This document shows, piece by piece, positions 34,974 to 47,500 of a DNA stretch of 64,000 nt. The notes below the pieces were generated by a model, which was not told the DNA's origin, made no database searches, and was given only the letters and a program-made list of their open reading frames with translations. How positions within the stretch are numbered: the first letter of the stretch is position 1; each line of letters starts with the position of its first letter. The DNA lies in NCBI GenBank assembly GCA_964019335.1, contig OZ025658.1, positions 682,001 through 746,000 of the forward strand, written 5' to 3'. A program made the position numbers and the translations under genes. The stretch comes from Diplonema japonicum. Its lineage: Eukaryota > Protista > Euglenozoa: Diplonemea.

Positions 34974-35596
34974 TTCACTCTTCAGAAATTACTTCACGCA
35001 CTGGGGGGCCCATTACTTCACGCTAAATCTCATTACTTCACGGTGAAATAATGGCCTGTTTTCCGTGAAGTAATAGGGGGTTTCCGTTAAATAATATGCT
35101 TCGGTAGGCCAATTTTTGCCTCGGTTCGGTTCCCAGTGGGGCTACTTTTTCCTCTCAGTTTGCTAATTTCCCCCCAGGTTCCAACTTTTGCCTCGGCTCA
35201 GTTCCAAGTTGGACTACTTTTTCCTCTCAATTTGCCCACTTTTGGCTAGGCCTTGTTCCCAGTTTCTGGGGGTAACTCTTCTGTGGGTAAGGGTAACTTA
35301 GTCAGCTTACCCAAGCACCCCAAAAGACTTCAAAATACCGAAGCAGCAGAAAAAAAGGAGCCAGCGGCCGCGCCAGGTATGGGAAGGCCTGATTAGAGAT
35401 GGTGACAGTGGCAATGCCAGCGACAGCGGCAGCTCTTAGTCAACAAAAGGAGGAAAAACAACTTGTATTGTAACCTTTGTAACCCCTCTCTTGTTGTACC
35501 CCTTGTCACCCTGTTGTGCCCCTCGTGGTGAAGTAATTTCAGAGTGTCGTGAAATAAAACCACTTACCTACCGCCAAGTAATGCTATACCGACCTC
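34974..35596 (+). mobile_element. Non-coding interspersed element, copy 2 (3' truncated)
   Basis: About 4 substitutions and a 1-nt indel by eye versus 26350..26973. Similarity stops at GACCTC. Confidence 0.82.
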
Positions 35597-36281
35597 TCGG
35601 TTCCGCATTATTTTTTTTTTTTGTCTGTTTTTTCTTTTGTTCACAATGGGGAGGGAGAGAGGGTGTTGTTTTTTTTCTTTTTTTTTTCGGTTTGCTAGTA
35701 GTACCTCTCTTCTATTTTCTGCATATTTAGTTGCCTGTAATCAAGTAGACAGTTCTTGGGCGCTGCCACCACCGGCCTCCTTTAACTCGTATTAGTTGTG
35801 TGTCATATATAAAAAATAAGCGGTGGCGCGCAAGGGGGTGGGGTGGGGGATAAGAATTGCCTTATTTTATGCTGCAGAGTAGGGGGGGGGGGGGGGGGGG
35901 GGGGGATGTCGGGCCGGCCGGGGAAAAAAAATGTTCATTCAGTGGCCTCAAGAAGAATCCCCCCTCCCCGGACAGAATAGTCCAGCACTTTTTTCAATTA
36001 AAAAAAACTCTCCCCCCCTTCCCCCCCATATGCCCTGGAGTCCAACATCTTACGGTGATTGCCCTCAGAGAAAAAAAGGGATATTTAAAAAATAAAAAAA
36101 AAAAAAAAAAAAAAAAAAACTTCGGTGCCAAAAAGCACCCTAGTCTTGCCCTTTTTTTTTTCCTTTTTTTCCCCTCCTCTTTTTTTTCCCCACCTTTCCA
36201 ACTCCACACGCAAAGAAAAAAAAAAGAGGGGGGGGGAAAAAAAGGCTAAGGGGGGAGGGTCAACACGCGAGGGGGAAAAAA

Positions 36282-38372
36282 ATGAACACATTCGACGTGG
36301 CCAACGATGTGATGAACGGGACATTCGATCTAACGGATTATTTTGATTTCGACATCCCGTTCATCGACATAGACATGTCTGGCATCAAGACGTGGGGCCC
36401 GATTCTGATGATGACGCTGCCTGCCGTGGTGTCCATCCTGAGGGACGCCATGCCGACCCTGCAGTACGAAGCCACGAAAATAGTGAAAAAAACACTGGGA
36501 CTGAACCCGTACGAGGTCGAAATTCGATACCAAAAACAAGAAAGAGAGGGCCTCTACGAGATCGTCAGCGAAGAATGCCACCAAAACAAGCTCCTGCAGT
36601 CCATGATAAAAATGTACGTTAACACCTTGAAACCATACAAGCAATGGCACGATTCTGAAACAAATCTAATGGCGGAAAGGGAAGAAAGCAACGACCACCC
36701 ATTCGCAGATGACTGGGAGGACGATCTCATGTACGGCGCGACCTCAAAAGCTCTGGACTGCTACTCCGTGGTGTCCATCCCCGAGGAAGGAGACTGGGTT
36801 GAAATCGAAAAAAATCTGTACTTCACGCACGACACCAACGAGATGGAGGACGACAAGAAGGACAACAACGAAAAACAAAAACAAACGCAGGTTAAACTTT
36901 CCGATCGTGCCGAGGTCACCGTCACCCTCGTCACCATTCGCCTGCAATCAACAAGAGGAAACCCACAACAACACATCGACGAGTTCTTGGAAAAGGTGAT
37001 GAATTGGTACAAAAACCGTCTGAACGCGAGCATTTCTCGCGCTAAATACATGTACCAGATATACCAACCGGAGTCGAAAAAAAAACCCAAAACAGCGGTC
37101 GACCTAGAGGACGAGGAGGAAGAAAAACGCGTGTACAAACGGTACAAGTTGGAGTCAAAGAAATGCTTCGACACGCTGTTCATCCCCTCAAAACCGGATC
37201 TTTTAAGGCTCGTCGATAATTTCTTGAACAAACGTGATGTTTTTTCAAAGCCGGGTTTCCCCGACAAGCTGGGCCTGCTTCTATACGGCCCCCCCGGAAC
37301 TGGCAAGACAACTCTGATAAAATGCCTCGCGAAATACACAAACCGAAACATAATCAACATCAACCTTGCGAGGGTCAAGACCAACCAGGAGCTGATGGAC
37401 ATCATGTACGAGATGAACTTCAACGTCGAGCACCTAGACGACCCTGTCCGCATGGAGTTCAAAGATGTCATCTTTGTCATGGAAGACATCGACTGTGCTG
37501 GTAATGTTGTGAAAAGCCGTGACGACCGGACAGGAATGATGTCCGAAGCCACGCACCACGACGGCACCACACCTTGGGATGTTACACTCACCAAGACCAT
37601 GACACAGCCTGACATTGAGGAGCACGACCACGACACCTTGTCCTGCGACACCAAGAAGAAGACCAACAACAACGACAACCCGCTGACAAAATTGTTCAAA
37701 AACGGCCGGAAAAAACTCCTCGGGAAAAAAACAAAAGGCTTCACAGGCGATGAACACCGCCTTGTCAAAGAACAGGTCATGGAAATAATCAACAAAACCG
37801 TAACGGGCGACATTGGGGAAATGGTGGATTGGGCGTTGGATCAAGGGGACGAAGATGAAAGCGAATGTACCAGCGAAAGGGACGCCGAGGAAACCGAGGA
37901 GGTAGAGGCAGAAGACGAAGAAGAAGAAGAGGATGATGATGATGAACAAAAACCCCCCGCAGCCCCTATCGATGACGGGTCCGACAAGTTGAACCTTGCT
38001 GGGCTTCTCAATGCCCTTGATGGTGTCATCGACACACCAGGAAGAATTGTCATCATGACCACCAATGTGCAGCAGTCGCTAGACACAGCGCTCATCCGTC
38101 CTGGGAGGGTCAACTTGCGAATCGAGCTGGGTTTCATGTGCGCGAAAGAAGCAAGCGAAATGTTTAATTACTACTTCGATGCTGACGACACTCTCTCTCT
38201 TCCCGAGATGCGCACTATATGGACCGACAACCGCTTCACACCTGCAGAGATGGAACAGATGTGTGCGGAGCACGACACGCTTGACTCCCTCTTCGCGCAC
38301 ATGAAGACCGTCCTCAGGGATTTTCCCACCCGTGTCTCGATGAAGCGCCAGCACACCACCGCCGCAGCCTGA
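36282..38372 (+). CDS. BCS1-like AAA+ ATPase with a long acidic insertion
   Basis: KLGLLLYGPPGTGKT, VIFVMEDID, LNLAGLLNALDGVIDTPGRIVIMTTN, LDTALIRPGRVN, FTPAE. Confidence 0.9.
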   Translation: MNTFDVANDVMNGTFDLTDYFDFDIPFIDIDMSGIKTWGPILMMTLPAVVSILRDAMPTLQYEATKIVKKTLGLNPYEVEIRYQKQEREGLYEIVSEECHQNKLLQSMIKMYVNTLKPYKQWHDSETNLMAEREESNDHPFADDWEDDLMYGATSKALDCYSVVSIPEEGDWVEIEKNLYFTHDTNEMEDDKKDNNEKQKQTQVKLSDRAEVTVTLVTIRLQSTRGNPQQHIDEFLEKVMNWYKNRLNASISRAKYMYQIYQPESKKKPKTAVDLEDEEEEKRVYKRYKLESKKCFDTLFIPSKPDLLRLVDNFLNKRDVFSKPGFPDKLGLLLYGPPGTGKTTLIKCLAKYTNRNIININLARVKTNQELMDIMYEMNFNVEHLDDPVRMEFKDVIFVMEDIDCAGNVVKSRDDRTGMMSEATHHDGTTPWDVTLTKTMTQPDIEEHDHDTLSCDTKKKTNNNDNPLTKLFKNGRKKLLGKKTKGFTGDEHRLVKEQVMEIINKTVTGDIGEMVDWALDQGDEDESECTSERDAEETEEVEAEDEEEEEDDDDEQKPPAAPIDDGSDKLNLAGLLNALDGVIDTPGRIVIMTTNVQQSLDTALIRPGRVNLRIELGFMCAKEASEMFNYYFDADDTLSLPEMRTIWTDNRFTPAEMEQMCAEHDTLDSLFAHMKTVLRDFPTRVSMKRQHTTAAA

Positions 38373-38507
38373 TAATGGAAGGAGTGTATTAAAGACAAAT
38401 ATGAAAAAAAAAAAGAACAAATAAAAAAGTGTTCCCTCCCCCCTTGGCCGCTTTTTATTTATTTCTTTTTAAAAGAATCCTTTTGTTCTTACCCTCTTCA
38501 GAAAAGA

Positions 38508-41500
38508 ATGTGGGTGGTTCAACATGCCACTGTTGCATTACTGGCGGTTTTGGTAGGGAGCGCGCAAGGTGTGCAGTGGGGGTTCCCTCGGTGGGTAGAG
38601 GTGCCCAGCGGGGTATCGCACTACGAAGAGATAGGGGTGTTCCACGGGATGAACATATTTGAGGGAACGCTGGATTGGAGGCCGAAAAGCGGGGAAGCGG
38701 CTGCTGTGTGCGAGACATACCAGATCGATATGTTTTCCGTGTGCGTGGCGAGTGGGGCTGCCACTGGGATGCGTGTGCCTCTCATGAACGGAACATGCTC
38801 TGGCGGAACATGCACGGAGGGCATCTCAGGCGCCCAGAGCAACTGTACTGGCCAAGCGACCTACTATGCAGTGCTCGTGAACAAGAACTCTGCCTGCAAC
38901 TGGGAAGCCTTCGTCACCCTGAAGTACAATTGTCCCTTCGGCTTCTACGGCCCCTCATGTCTCTCGTGCGATAGGTGCTCCGCTTGCAACTGCAACGGCA
39001 ACGCCATGCTCTCCGCCGACACCTGCACCTGCACGTGTGACAACTTCTGGACGGGTCCCACATGCGCCGTCTGCCCTGGGCAGTACAGTGGCTCGTTGTG
39101 CAACATGTGCGGTGCGAAATACATTTACAATGCTGACCGTACCGCCTGTCAGGCGTGTCCGTCTGTGACTTGCCCCGCGAACCAGGAGAACACCCCTGAC
39201 CCCACGCACACAACGTGTTCCTGTGGGACCCCCACGTGCAGCAACGGCCAGGTCCTCACTGGCGGCGTTTGCGTGGACTGCACCTCATCCCAACACTGCT
39301 CAGGGCACGCTGCTGTCGTCATCGCAAACATCTACGTCCCTGCTTGCGAGTGTCATTGCCGCAACTCGTGGCAGGGCACATCCTGCGAGATCTGCTCGTC
39401 ACAATATAGCAGCGTGTTGGACTGCGGCGTGTGCGAGGGCAACAGGGTCCAGTACCCGCACTGCGTTGAGTGCACCAATACAGATTTTTGCAACGGGCGT
39501 GCAACCAACACATACGGGCTAAATAACAACTACGTCCCCGCCGACGCCTCAAAGACAGCATGTATATGCCAGTGCAGGAACCAGTGGACAGGACCAGGCT
39601 GCTCCGTGTGCGATGTCAACTTTGCAGGGACCGACTGCGACGCATGCTCCACTGAATATGCCAACTACCCCAACTGCACGCGGTGCCACGCCAGCGAGGA
39701 CTGCAACAACAGGGGTCTTACTGCCATAAAGAACGCGCAAGGAACCTGCACCTGCACCTGCAGCGGACAATTCACCCCTGGTGACAACTGCCTGACTTGC
39801 CCTGTACACTTCGGGGGAGGTGCGTGCGACAGGTGTGCCGTGGGGTACGCAGGGTGGCCCAACTGCGATGCGTGCACTGTGGCGGCGGACTGCTCGAACC
39901 ATGCAACATCGGTGACGTCAAACGGTGCGCAGGCAGGACAGGACTTGTGCGTCTGCACGTGCAACAACAGCTGGACTGGCGATAATTGTGCCACGTGTGA
40001 TACAACTAAGTATGACATCACAAGTGACTGCGGGGACTGCGTTGCTGGTCGGTTCAACTACCCGAACTGTGCTGTGTGCGACTTGACGCACCACTGCAAC
40101 GGACATGCCAGCACTGTCACCGACCTGGGCAGCGGCATGTGCCAGTGCGCATGCCACGCTGGGTTCGCATCTCCGTCGTGCGGTGAATGTATCCCAGGAT
40201 ACGCAGGGTACCCGGTGTGCGTAGAATGCACACTTCAAGGGACGTGCAGTGGGCACGCATCATCTGTGGCCGTATCTACTGACAAGGCCACATGTGAGTG
40301 CACCTGCCTAGGCAATTGGGGCAACAGCGACTGCAGTGTTTGCAACCCTGGCTTTACCGGCGCCAACTGCGACTCTTGCCTCGATGGGTACGTTGGGTCG
40401 CTGTGCAGGCAATGCACCTCTGTTCAGGACTGCTCGGGGCACGCCTCCAGTGTCACATCAACGGCCCCCCACACGGACTGCGTGTGCACATGTAGGAACC
40501 AATACCTGAACTTGCTCGGGCAATGTGACTACTGTTCTTCTGTGTACGACGGCGACTGCGACATCTGCAAGGGGCAGAACGTGGGGTACCCCTCTTGCAG
40601 GGAGTGCAGGACGGACTTTGATTGCAGCAACCATGCCTCGGCTGTTGTGTACGCGGGCCTTAACACCTGCACGTGCACATGCACCAACAAATGGGAAGGC
40701 AGCGACTGCTCTGGCTGCAACCTCCCCTACCAAGCGTCGCCCGACTGCAACATGTGTGCTGATGGGTACATCAACTACCCTACATGCACACAGTGTGATA
40801 TGCAACTGCACTGCTCGGGACATGCCAACAGCGTCTCGTCGACGGCCAGCAGGGACAAGTGCGTGTGCGGATGCAGGAACTTCTGGAGCAACGATGACTG
40901 TGGGATGTGTCCCACGCAGTACGGTGGCACCGACTGTGATGAGTGCAGTGTGTCGCATATAGGAACCCCTGGCACTGTGTGCATCCAGTGCTCAGATGCG
41001 GGACACTGCAATGGGCGTAGCTCGAGCGTCACAGCCAACGCGCAACACACAGCCTGCGTGTGCACCTGCACGGACCAATGGGGCGGTGACAGCTGCGGTG
41101 TATGCTCTGACCCCAACCGGTTCTCAAACACGTGCAATGGGTGCCGTTCTGGATACATCAACTACCCTACATGCACGCTGTGCACCGCAAGTGACTGCAG
41201 CAACCATGTGCTGCCCGGTGGTGTGACGTCCAACGCCGGCAACACAGCGTGTGCTTGCACGTGCTCCGACGGCTGGAGTGGCCCCACGTGCGCGGTGTGC
41301 GAGGCGAATTTCCTTCAAGACGGAAACTGCAACCTATGCGCTGCAGGGTTTTACAGCTTCCCCACATGCAGGCCTTGCAACAACGCGCTCGACTGTTCTG
41401 GCCATGCAAGTAGCGTGGCCCCTACGGCAACGGGGTGCAAGTGTACATGTGCAGGCCATTGGACTGGTGACAAGTGCGATGCGTGTCCTGCTATTTACGA

Positions 41501-44500
41501 TCAGCTCACTTGCACGGAGTGCGCCGCCGACAGGATCACCTACCCCACCTGTGTGCTATGCGACGTGGCGCAGCATTGCAGCAACCACGCAACAGCATCT
41601 GGGTCTACTGACCACATCTCATGCACCTGTACCTGTAGGAACGGCTGGTCGGGAACCGACTGCAGCGTCTGCCCTTCAAACTATCAACAACAAAACGACG
41701 CTTGTTCCCTGTGTGCTTTGGGCCATGCGGGCTCTGGTTGCCCTGTGTGTTCCATTGCAACACACTGCGGTGGGCCCAGCAAGGGCAGCACTGTGCAGTC
41801 CTCTGCGGACCGTACTACGTGTGAGTGCACATGCAAGAACAAGTGGGACGCGGCCTCGGGGTGCAGCGTGTGTCCTCTCCCTTATGCAGGCACTGCATGC
41901 GACGCTTGCACAGTAGGGTGGTACGGGTACCCTAACTGTGCAGAGTGCACAATTGCTACACACTGTTCTAGCCATGCTTCTGCTGTTGCTGTCAGTGCAA
42001 CAGGTGATTCTTGCGTCTGTACCTGTACACACCAGTGGTCCGGTGCCTCATGTGCGGCATGTCCCCACCCATATTCCGCGTCACCCCAGTGCAACTCATG
42101 TAAGCAAGATTTCATTACTTACCCAACTTGCACAGCGTGCTCGTCTGCTGTTCATTGCAGTGGGCATGCTTCTGCAGCCGCAAGCAGTGACGGTGTCCAG
42201 TGCACATGTACGTGCAACACAGGGTACATTGGTGCAATTTGTGATGCGTGTGACACGAACTTCGTGGGGTACCCCTTGTGCACAGCCTGCACACCGACAT
42301 CGGTCAACTGCAACGGACGGGCGACACAAACGACGCCGAACAGCAAACAGGATGCTTGTGTGTGCGTCTGCCTGGACCAGTGGACGGGTGACACGTGCAG
42401 CGCGTGCGATGTTAAGTACAACTCGCTGACATGTGCTTCGTGTGCTGCTGGTAGGATCACTTTCCCTGCCTGCACAGAATGCACTGATGCAGTTCACTGC
42501 AGTGGTCATGGTGTTGCGTCAGCAAACGGCGACGCCACGAGTTGTTTGTGTTCCTGCAACGTTCCATGGTCTGGGGCCCAGTGCGCCACGTGCCCTCCAC
42601 AGTTTGCAGGAACCGCATGCGACAGCTGTGCTCCAGGGCACCACAACTATCCGTTGTGTGATGAGTGCACGAACACCGTACACTGCAACGGAAGGGCCAC
42701 CTCGGTATCCGCTAATTTTGATATGACAGAGTGCACATGTGTGTGCATGAATCACTGGACGACTGCACCGGGAAGCTCTGGGTGCGGTGTGTGTCCTCCT
42801 CCATATGGTGGAGCAGCATGTGACACATGCCTTGCAGGTTACGTGTACTCCCTAGGAGCGTGCACTTTGTGCACTGCAGCAACCCACTGCTCATCACACG
42901 CAGCTCAGGCACACGTCACAGACGACGGGACCCGCACTTCATGTGTGTGCACGCAGTGTTCCTTGCAATGGAGTGGACCAACATGCGCTGCCTGTGCCCC
43001 GCAGTACTTGCAAAGCACGTGTGGTGAGTGTGAAACAGGACACATCACATACCCTACGTGCACACAGTGCGACGTTGGTGTACACTGCTCCTCGAGGGCT
43101 ACGAGTGTGGTCTCAGATGCTGCAAAACTGAGCTGTACGTGCAGCTGCACCAACAAGTGGACCGGCTCTCAGTGCAATCAGTGCGTTTTTCCGAACAGCT
43201 CTCCGAACTGCGACGCTTGCTCTACTGGTTATTACAAAAAGCAGCAAGGTGCTACTTACACCTGCTCGCAATGCACGGCGACAGAGCATTGCAATGGCAA
43301 CGCCGTCTCGGTGACGTCCAGTGCGGACAGCGCGTCTTGTGTCTGCACTTGCGACAGCAGCCATGTGGGCACCACGTGTGAGAAGTGCCAAAACGGCTAC
43401 ATCGACTACGCATCTGGGTGCATTAAGTGCACGACAACGGCTCACTGCTCTGGCCATGCTAGTGCCGTCACATCAAACATAGCCCAGACAGCTTGTGAGT
43501 GCACATGTACCACGCCATGGACTGGGGCTACATGCGCTACTTGCCCCCCCCTCTATGACTCGCAGTGTGCCACGTGTGCTCTAGGCAGGATCGACTTCCC
43601 CACATGCACGCTGTGCGACGTGGACGTCCACTGCAACGGCCACGCGACCTCCGTATCCGTGAACACCACCACCGACACGTGCGTGTGCTCATGCGCGCCT
43701 GAATGGGGTGGTGCCAGCGACTGTTCCAAGTGCTCGATCACAAACTATGGCCCCACATGTCAATATTGTACATCGCAAACGCACTGCAACGGCAACGCTG
43801 CTGGTGTAGTGGTGCAGAATGCAACAGGAACAGGGTGCGAGTGTGGTGCGTGTGTAGAATTCTGGGAAGGCGGTGCTTGTGGCGAGTGCCCGTCAAAGTA
43901 CAACAGCACGTTTTGTGACTCTTGTGCCGCAGGGTTGGTGGGTTCCGAGTGCATCCCATGTTCGGTTGCGGTGCACTGTGGGGTTGGTGCAGTGACGGTA
44001 GCGAATGTAGCAGATACTTGTGAGTGCGGGTGCAGAAACAAGTGGTCGGGAGTGCGGTGCGACGACTGCTTCACACCCTACACGGGAAGCGACTGCGACG
44101 AGTGCATCGATGGGTACATTTGGGACGGACACGTGTGCACCCCATGCTTTCTCAACACACACTGTAATGGCAACGCCATCAGCGTGACGTCCAATCCGGG
44201 CAACACGCAATGTGTGTGCACTTGCAGGAATCAATGGTCTGGGGCCGACTGCGCGTACTGCCCACCCACAATGGATGGGGACTGCGACCGCTGCGCGACA
44301 GGTTACATACGCTTCTCTGCCTGCGAGCAGTGCAAAATCGCAACCTACTGCACGACCGGCAACACTGACGCAGTCACTTCAAATCAAGCATCCGACGGCT
44401 GTCTTTGTGCATGCAAAGGGCAATGGCAGCCCTACACAGGCACTACCTTAGCGCCAGGCTGCTCCATCTGCCCTGATCCCTACGAAGGGGCGGGCTGCGA

Positions 44501-47500
44501 CAGGTGCAAGCCCGGTTACGCGGGGTATCCCAACTGTGTCCTGTGCACAAATCAGAAGCACTGCAACAACAGGGCTACTCAAGTCACAGTGGTTAACGAT
44601 GCGTGCACCTGTGCTTGCAGCAATCACTGGGAGGGTGATGCTTGTGAGACGTGTCCCGAGGGCTTTATCAGCTCAACTTGTGACGGGTGTGCAGCGGGTT
44701 ACATCAACTACCCGATGTGTGCGCAGTGTACATCTGAAAAGCACTGCAACGGCAGAGCAGCTGTTGTCACCACCGACAGTGCGCAGACAGTGTGCGGGTG
44801 CGTGTGTCTCCGTCCTTGGGAGGGTGATGCCTGTGACATCTGTCCGCCCACTGCCGCTGGTGCTGCTTGCGACCGATGTGCACCAGCTCATATTAACTTC
44901 CCCGACTGCACGGAATGCCTTATCTCGTCTTGCAATGGCCATGCTTCTGCTGTGGCTGCCAATGCACTTCAAGTGGCGTGTGTTTGCAACTGCTTGAACC
45001 GCTGGCAAGGTGCCACATGCGACGTTTGCCCATTGGAGTATGAAGGTGCTGCATGTGACAGGTGCTCAACCGGCAGAGTACAGTACCCCATGTGCATACC
45101 ATGCACGACAACGCAGCACTGCAAAGGGAGAGCCGACGTGGTCAACACAAACATCGACCGAACCTTGTGTATCTGCGAGGAGTGTGTGGACGGGTACACA
45201 GGGAGCAACTGCCACCTATGTGATGTCGGCTATCGCCAAGCTGGTGATGCATGTGAACGCGACCCTGCAGCATGGTGCGTCAGCTACCCAGCCACCGTGT
45301 ACAGTGGGCTACCGCCTTCTTGCGCCCCTACTACACCTTTAGGCGGAACTTGCGAGCTTCGCTGCATCACGGGCTACCGTCCTGTTGCAGGGTACACGTG
45401 CACAGCAGATGGGTGGGATGCACCGGAGTGTGAAGAGGCGCCCTGTAACACACAGCCACCTGTTATCCAGTATGGGTCCTCTCACTGCGCACTGCCTGTT
45501 GCAGCAGGAGCTACATGCGACATCATCTGCGTAACTGGATACCACGCCATTGGCGTGTATGGATGCCAAGCGAGTGCGTGGGTTGATGTCCCGGAGTGTG
45601 TGCCGGATCCTTGCAACGTGTACCCTACTGTTCCCACTAACGGCAATGTTTACGAATGCATCTTGCCTGTGGCGAGTACCGGAACCTGCGTGCTTCGGTG
45701 CGCTTCTGGATACAGCGAAAGCGGGCTTGCCGTTTGCTTTGCTGGTAACTGGAACGCCCCCACATGCCTGCCCGACCCTTGCACAGAGCTGCCCCCCCTC
45801 GTTTCGAACGGAAATGGAGACTGCACGCTGCCTGTGGAAAGCGGTGGAGAGTGCACCCTGCAGTGCGACACTGGTCATATAGCATCGCCGCTGTGCTCCA
45901 TAACGGAGGAGCTCGACATGAGCGACAAAGTGATAACGGTAGATGGCGGTGCTCTAGGCATGTTGTGCTATGAGTGGATTGACACCTTGCTGTCCCGTGA
46001 GGCAGCCCGCGAGGCGTGCAGATCGAAAGGAGGCAGACTGGCCTTCGTTCACGACATGCCCATCGAGACAGCCCTGCATACCTATGCAGACTCTGGGAAG
46101 TGGTGGACTGGGATACAAGTACAGGCCTCGGGCGTTAACGCTACAGGCACATTCCAGGGTGTAGATGCTAGCCATGCCGCGTGGTGGAATGAGCACTATA
46201 CCAACCACCTGTTGACAGAGGGCGAATGCTGCAAAGGGTTGCCGATGTACAGCGGGGACTGCATACGTTATAATGCTCAGCTTATCCCCGACTGTCCTTA
46301 CGAAGCAGTGCCGTGCGAAACAGCGCTGCCCTCATGGTGCATGTACTGGGATGTGGGGGCCGTGCCTCGGCAGTTGTTCCACAACACATCGGCCTACGGA
46401 TGCCACGCTGGTTCCTGGTCTACCCCTGACCCCGCGTGCACCCCTCTCTCTTGCGACACATCTCCACCTGCAGTACAGAATATGGCTGGCTTAACGTGCA
46501 CCGTTCCTGTGTCACATGGAAGCACCTGTGCACTATCTTGTGTCAATGGCTACGCGCCAGTCCAGCCCCATACGTGCGACCATGGAGCATGGAGGCTCGG
46601 GGCATGCCAACCCGATAACTGCCAGCAGCAGCCACCGCAAGTTTCAAACGGTGAGCTGGTCACATGCACGCTTCCTGCTGAGGCGGGTGCTCTGTGTGCC
46701 ATGACGTGCACTGCAGGCCATGTATCCACAAAGCCGTACAAGTGCGTGGCGGGTGCGTGGGAAGCAGGTGAGTGCCACCCCACGATGTGCATGACGCAGC
46801 CTGATGCCGTTCTTCGGGGCTCTCCTGAGTGGCTGCTGCTTCCAGTCCCGTCAGGGACGACGGCTGAGCTGAGATGCGTGGAAGGGTACGTGCCGACAGG
46901 TGTGTATAGCTGCATCGCAGGCTCCTGGGTGGTACCTCCGCCTGCTTGTGTTCCGGCCATTTGTGCCTCGCCCCCTAGCATCCCGCATACAGCTAGCAGC
47001 AGCTGTCAAAGCAATGCAGCGCACGGCACATGGTGCGAGATCGAGTGCGAGCAGGGCTACTCGGACCTACTAGCAAATCAAGTCTACAACGCCACATGTG
47101 TAAGAGGCACCTGGCAGTTCTCGCTCTGTGTAGCGAAGCCCTGCACGCGCCCTGCTACTGCCCACAACGGGAAGCCCTATGACTGCGCCCTTCCATTGCC
47201 TTCTGGGGACAGCTGTGCTGTGACGTGTGTTGCTGGACACCAGCCTGTGTCTCACTGGGTGTGTTTGTCGGGCGCATGGAGCACAACAGGTGCTTGTGTT
47301 GCGAAGTCGTGTACTATGCAACCACCAGCTGTGCAAGGAGTTGCCTCTTGCAACGTCCCTGTCAGCCACAATGGTATCTGCAGCGCTGTCTCAGGTTGCA
47401 CCAACGGAAGGACACCATCATCGGACTACCACTGCAACTATGGCAACTGGGTGCTGCCATCATGTATTAAGAAGGGATGCCCTGCGGACGCGGGGTGCCC

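Noticed and set aside
18-36346. Dozens of poly-K, poly-F, poly-G and poly-P ORFs in spacers
   Set aside because: They are translations of homopolymer runs with no protein-like composition.
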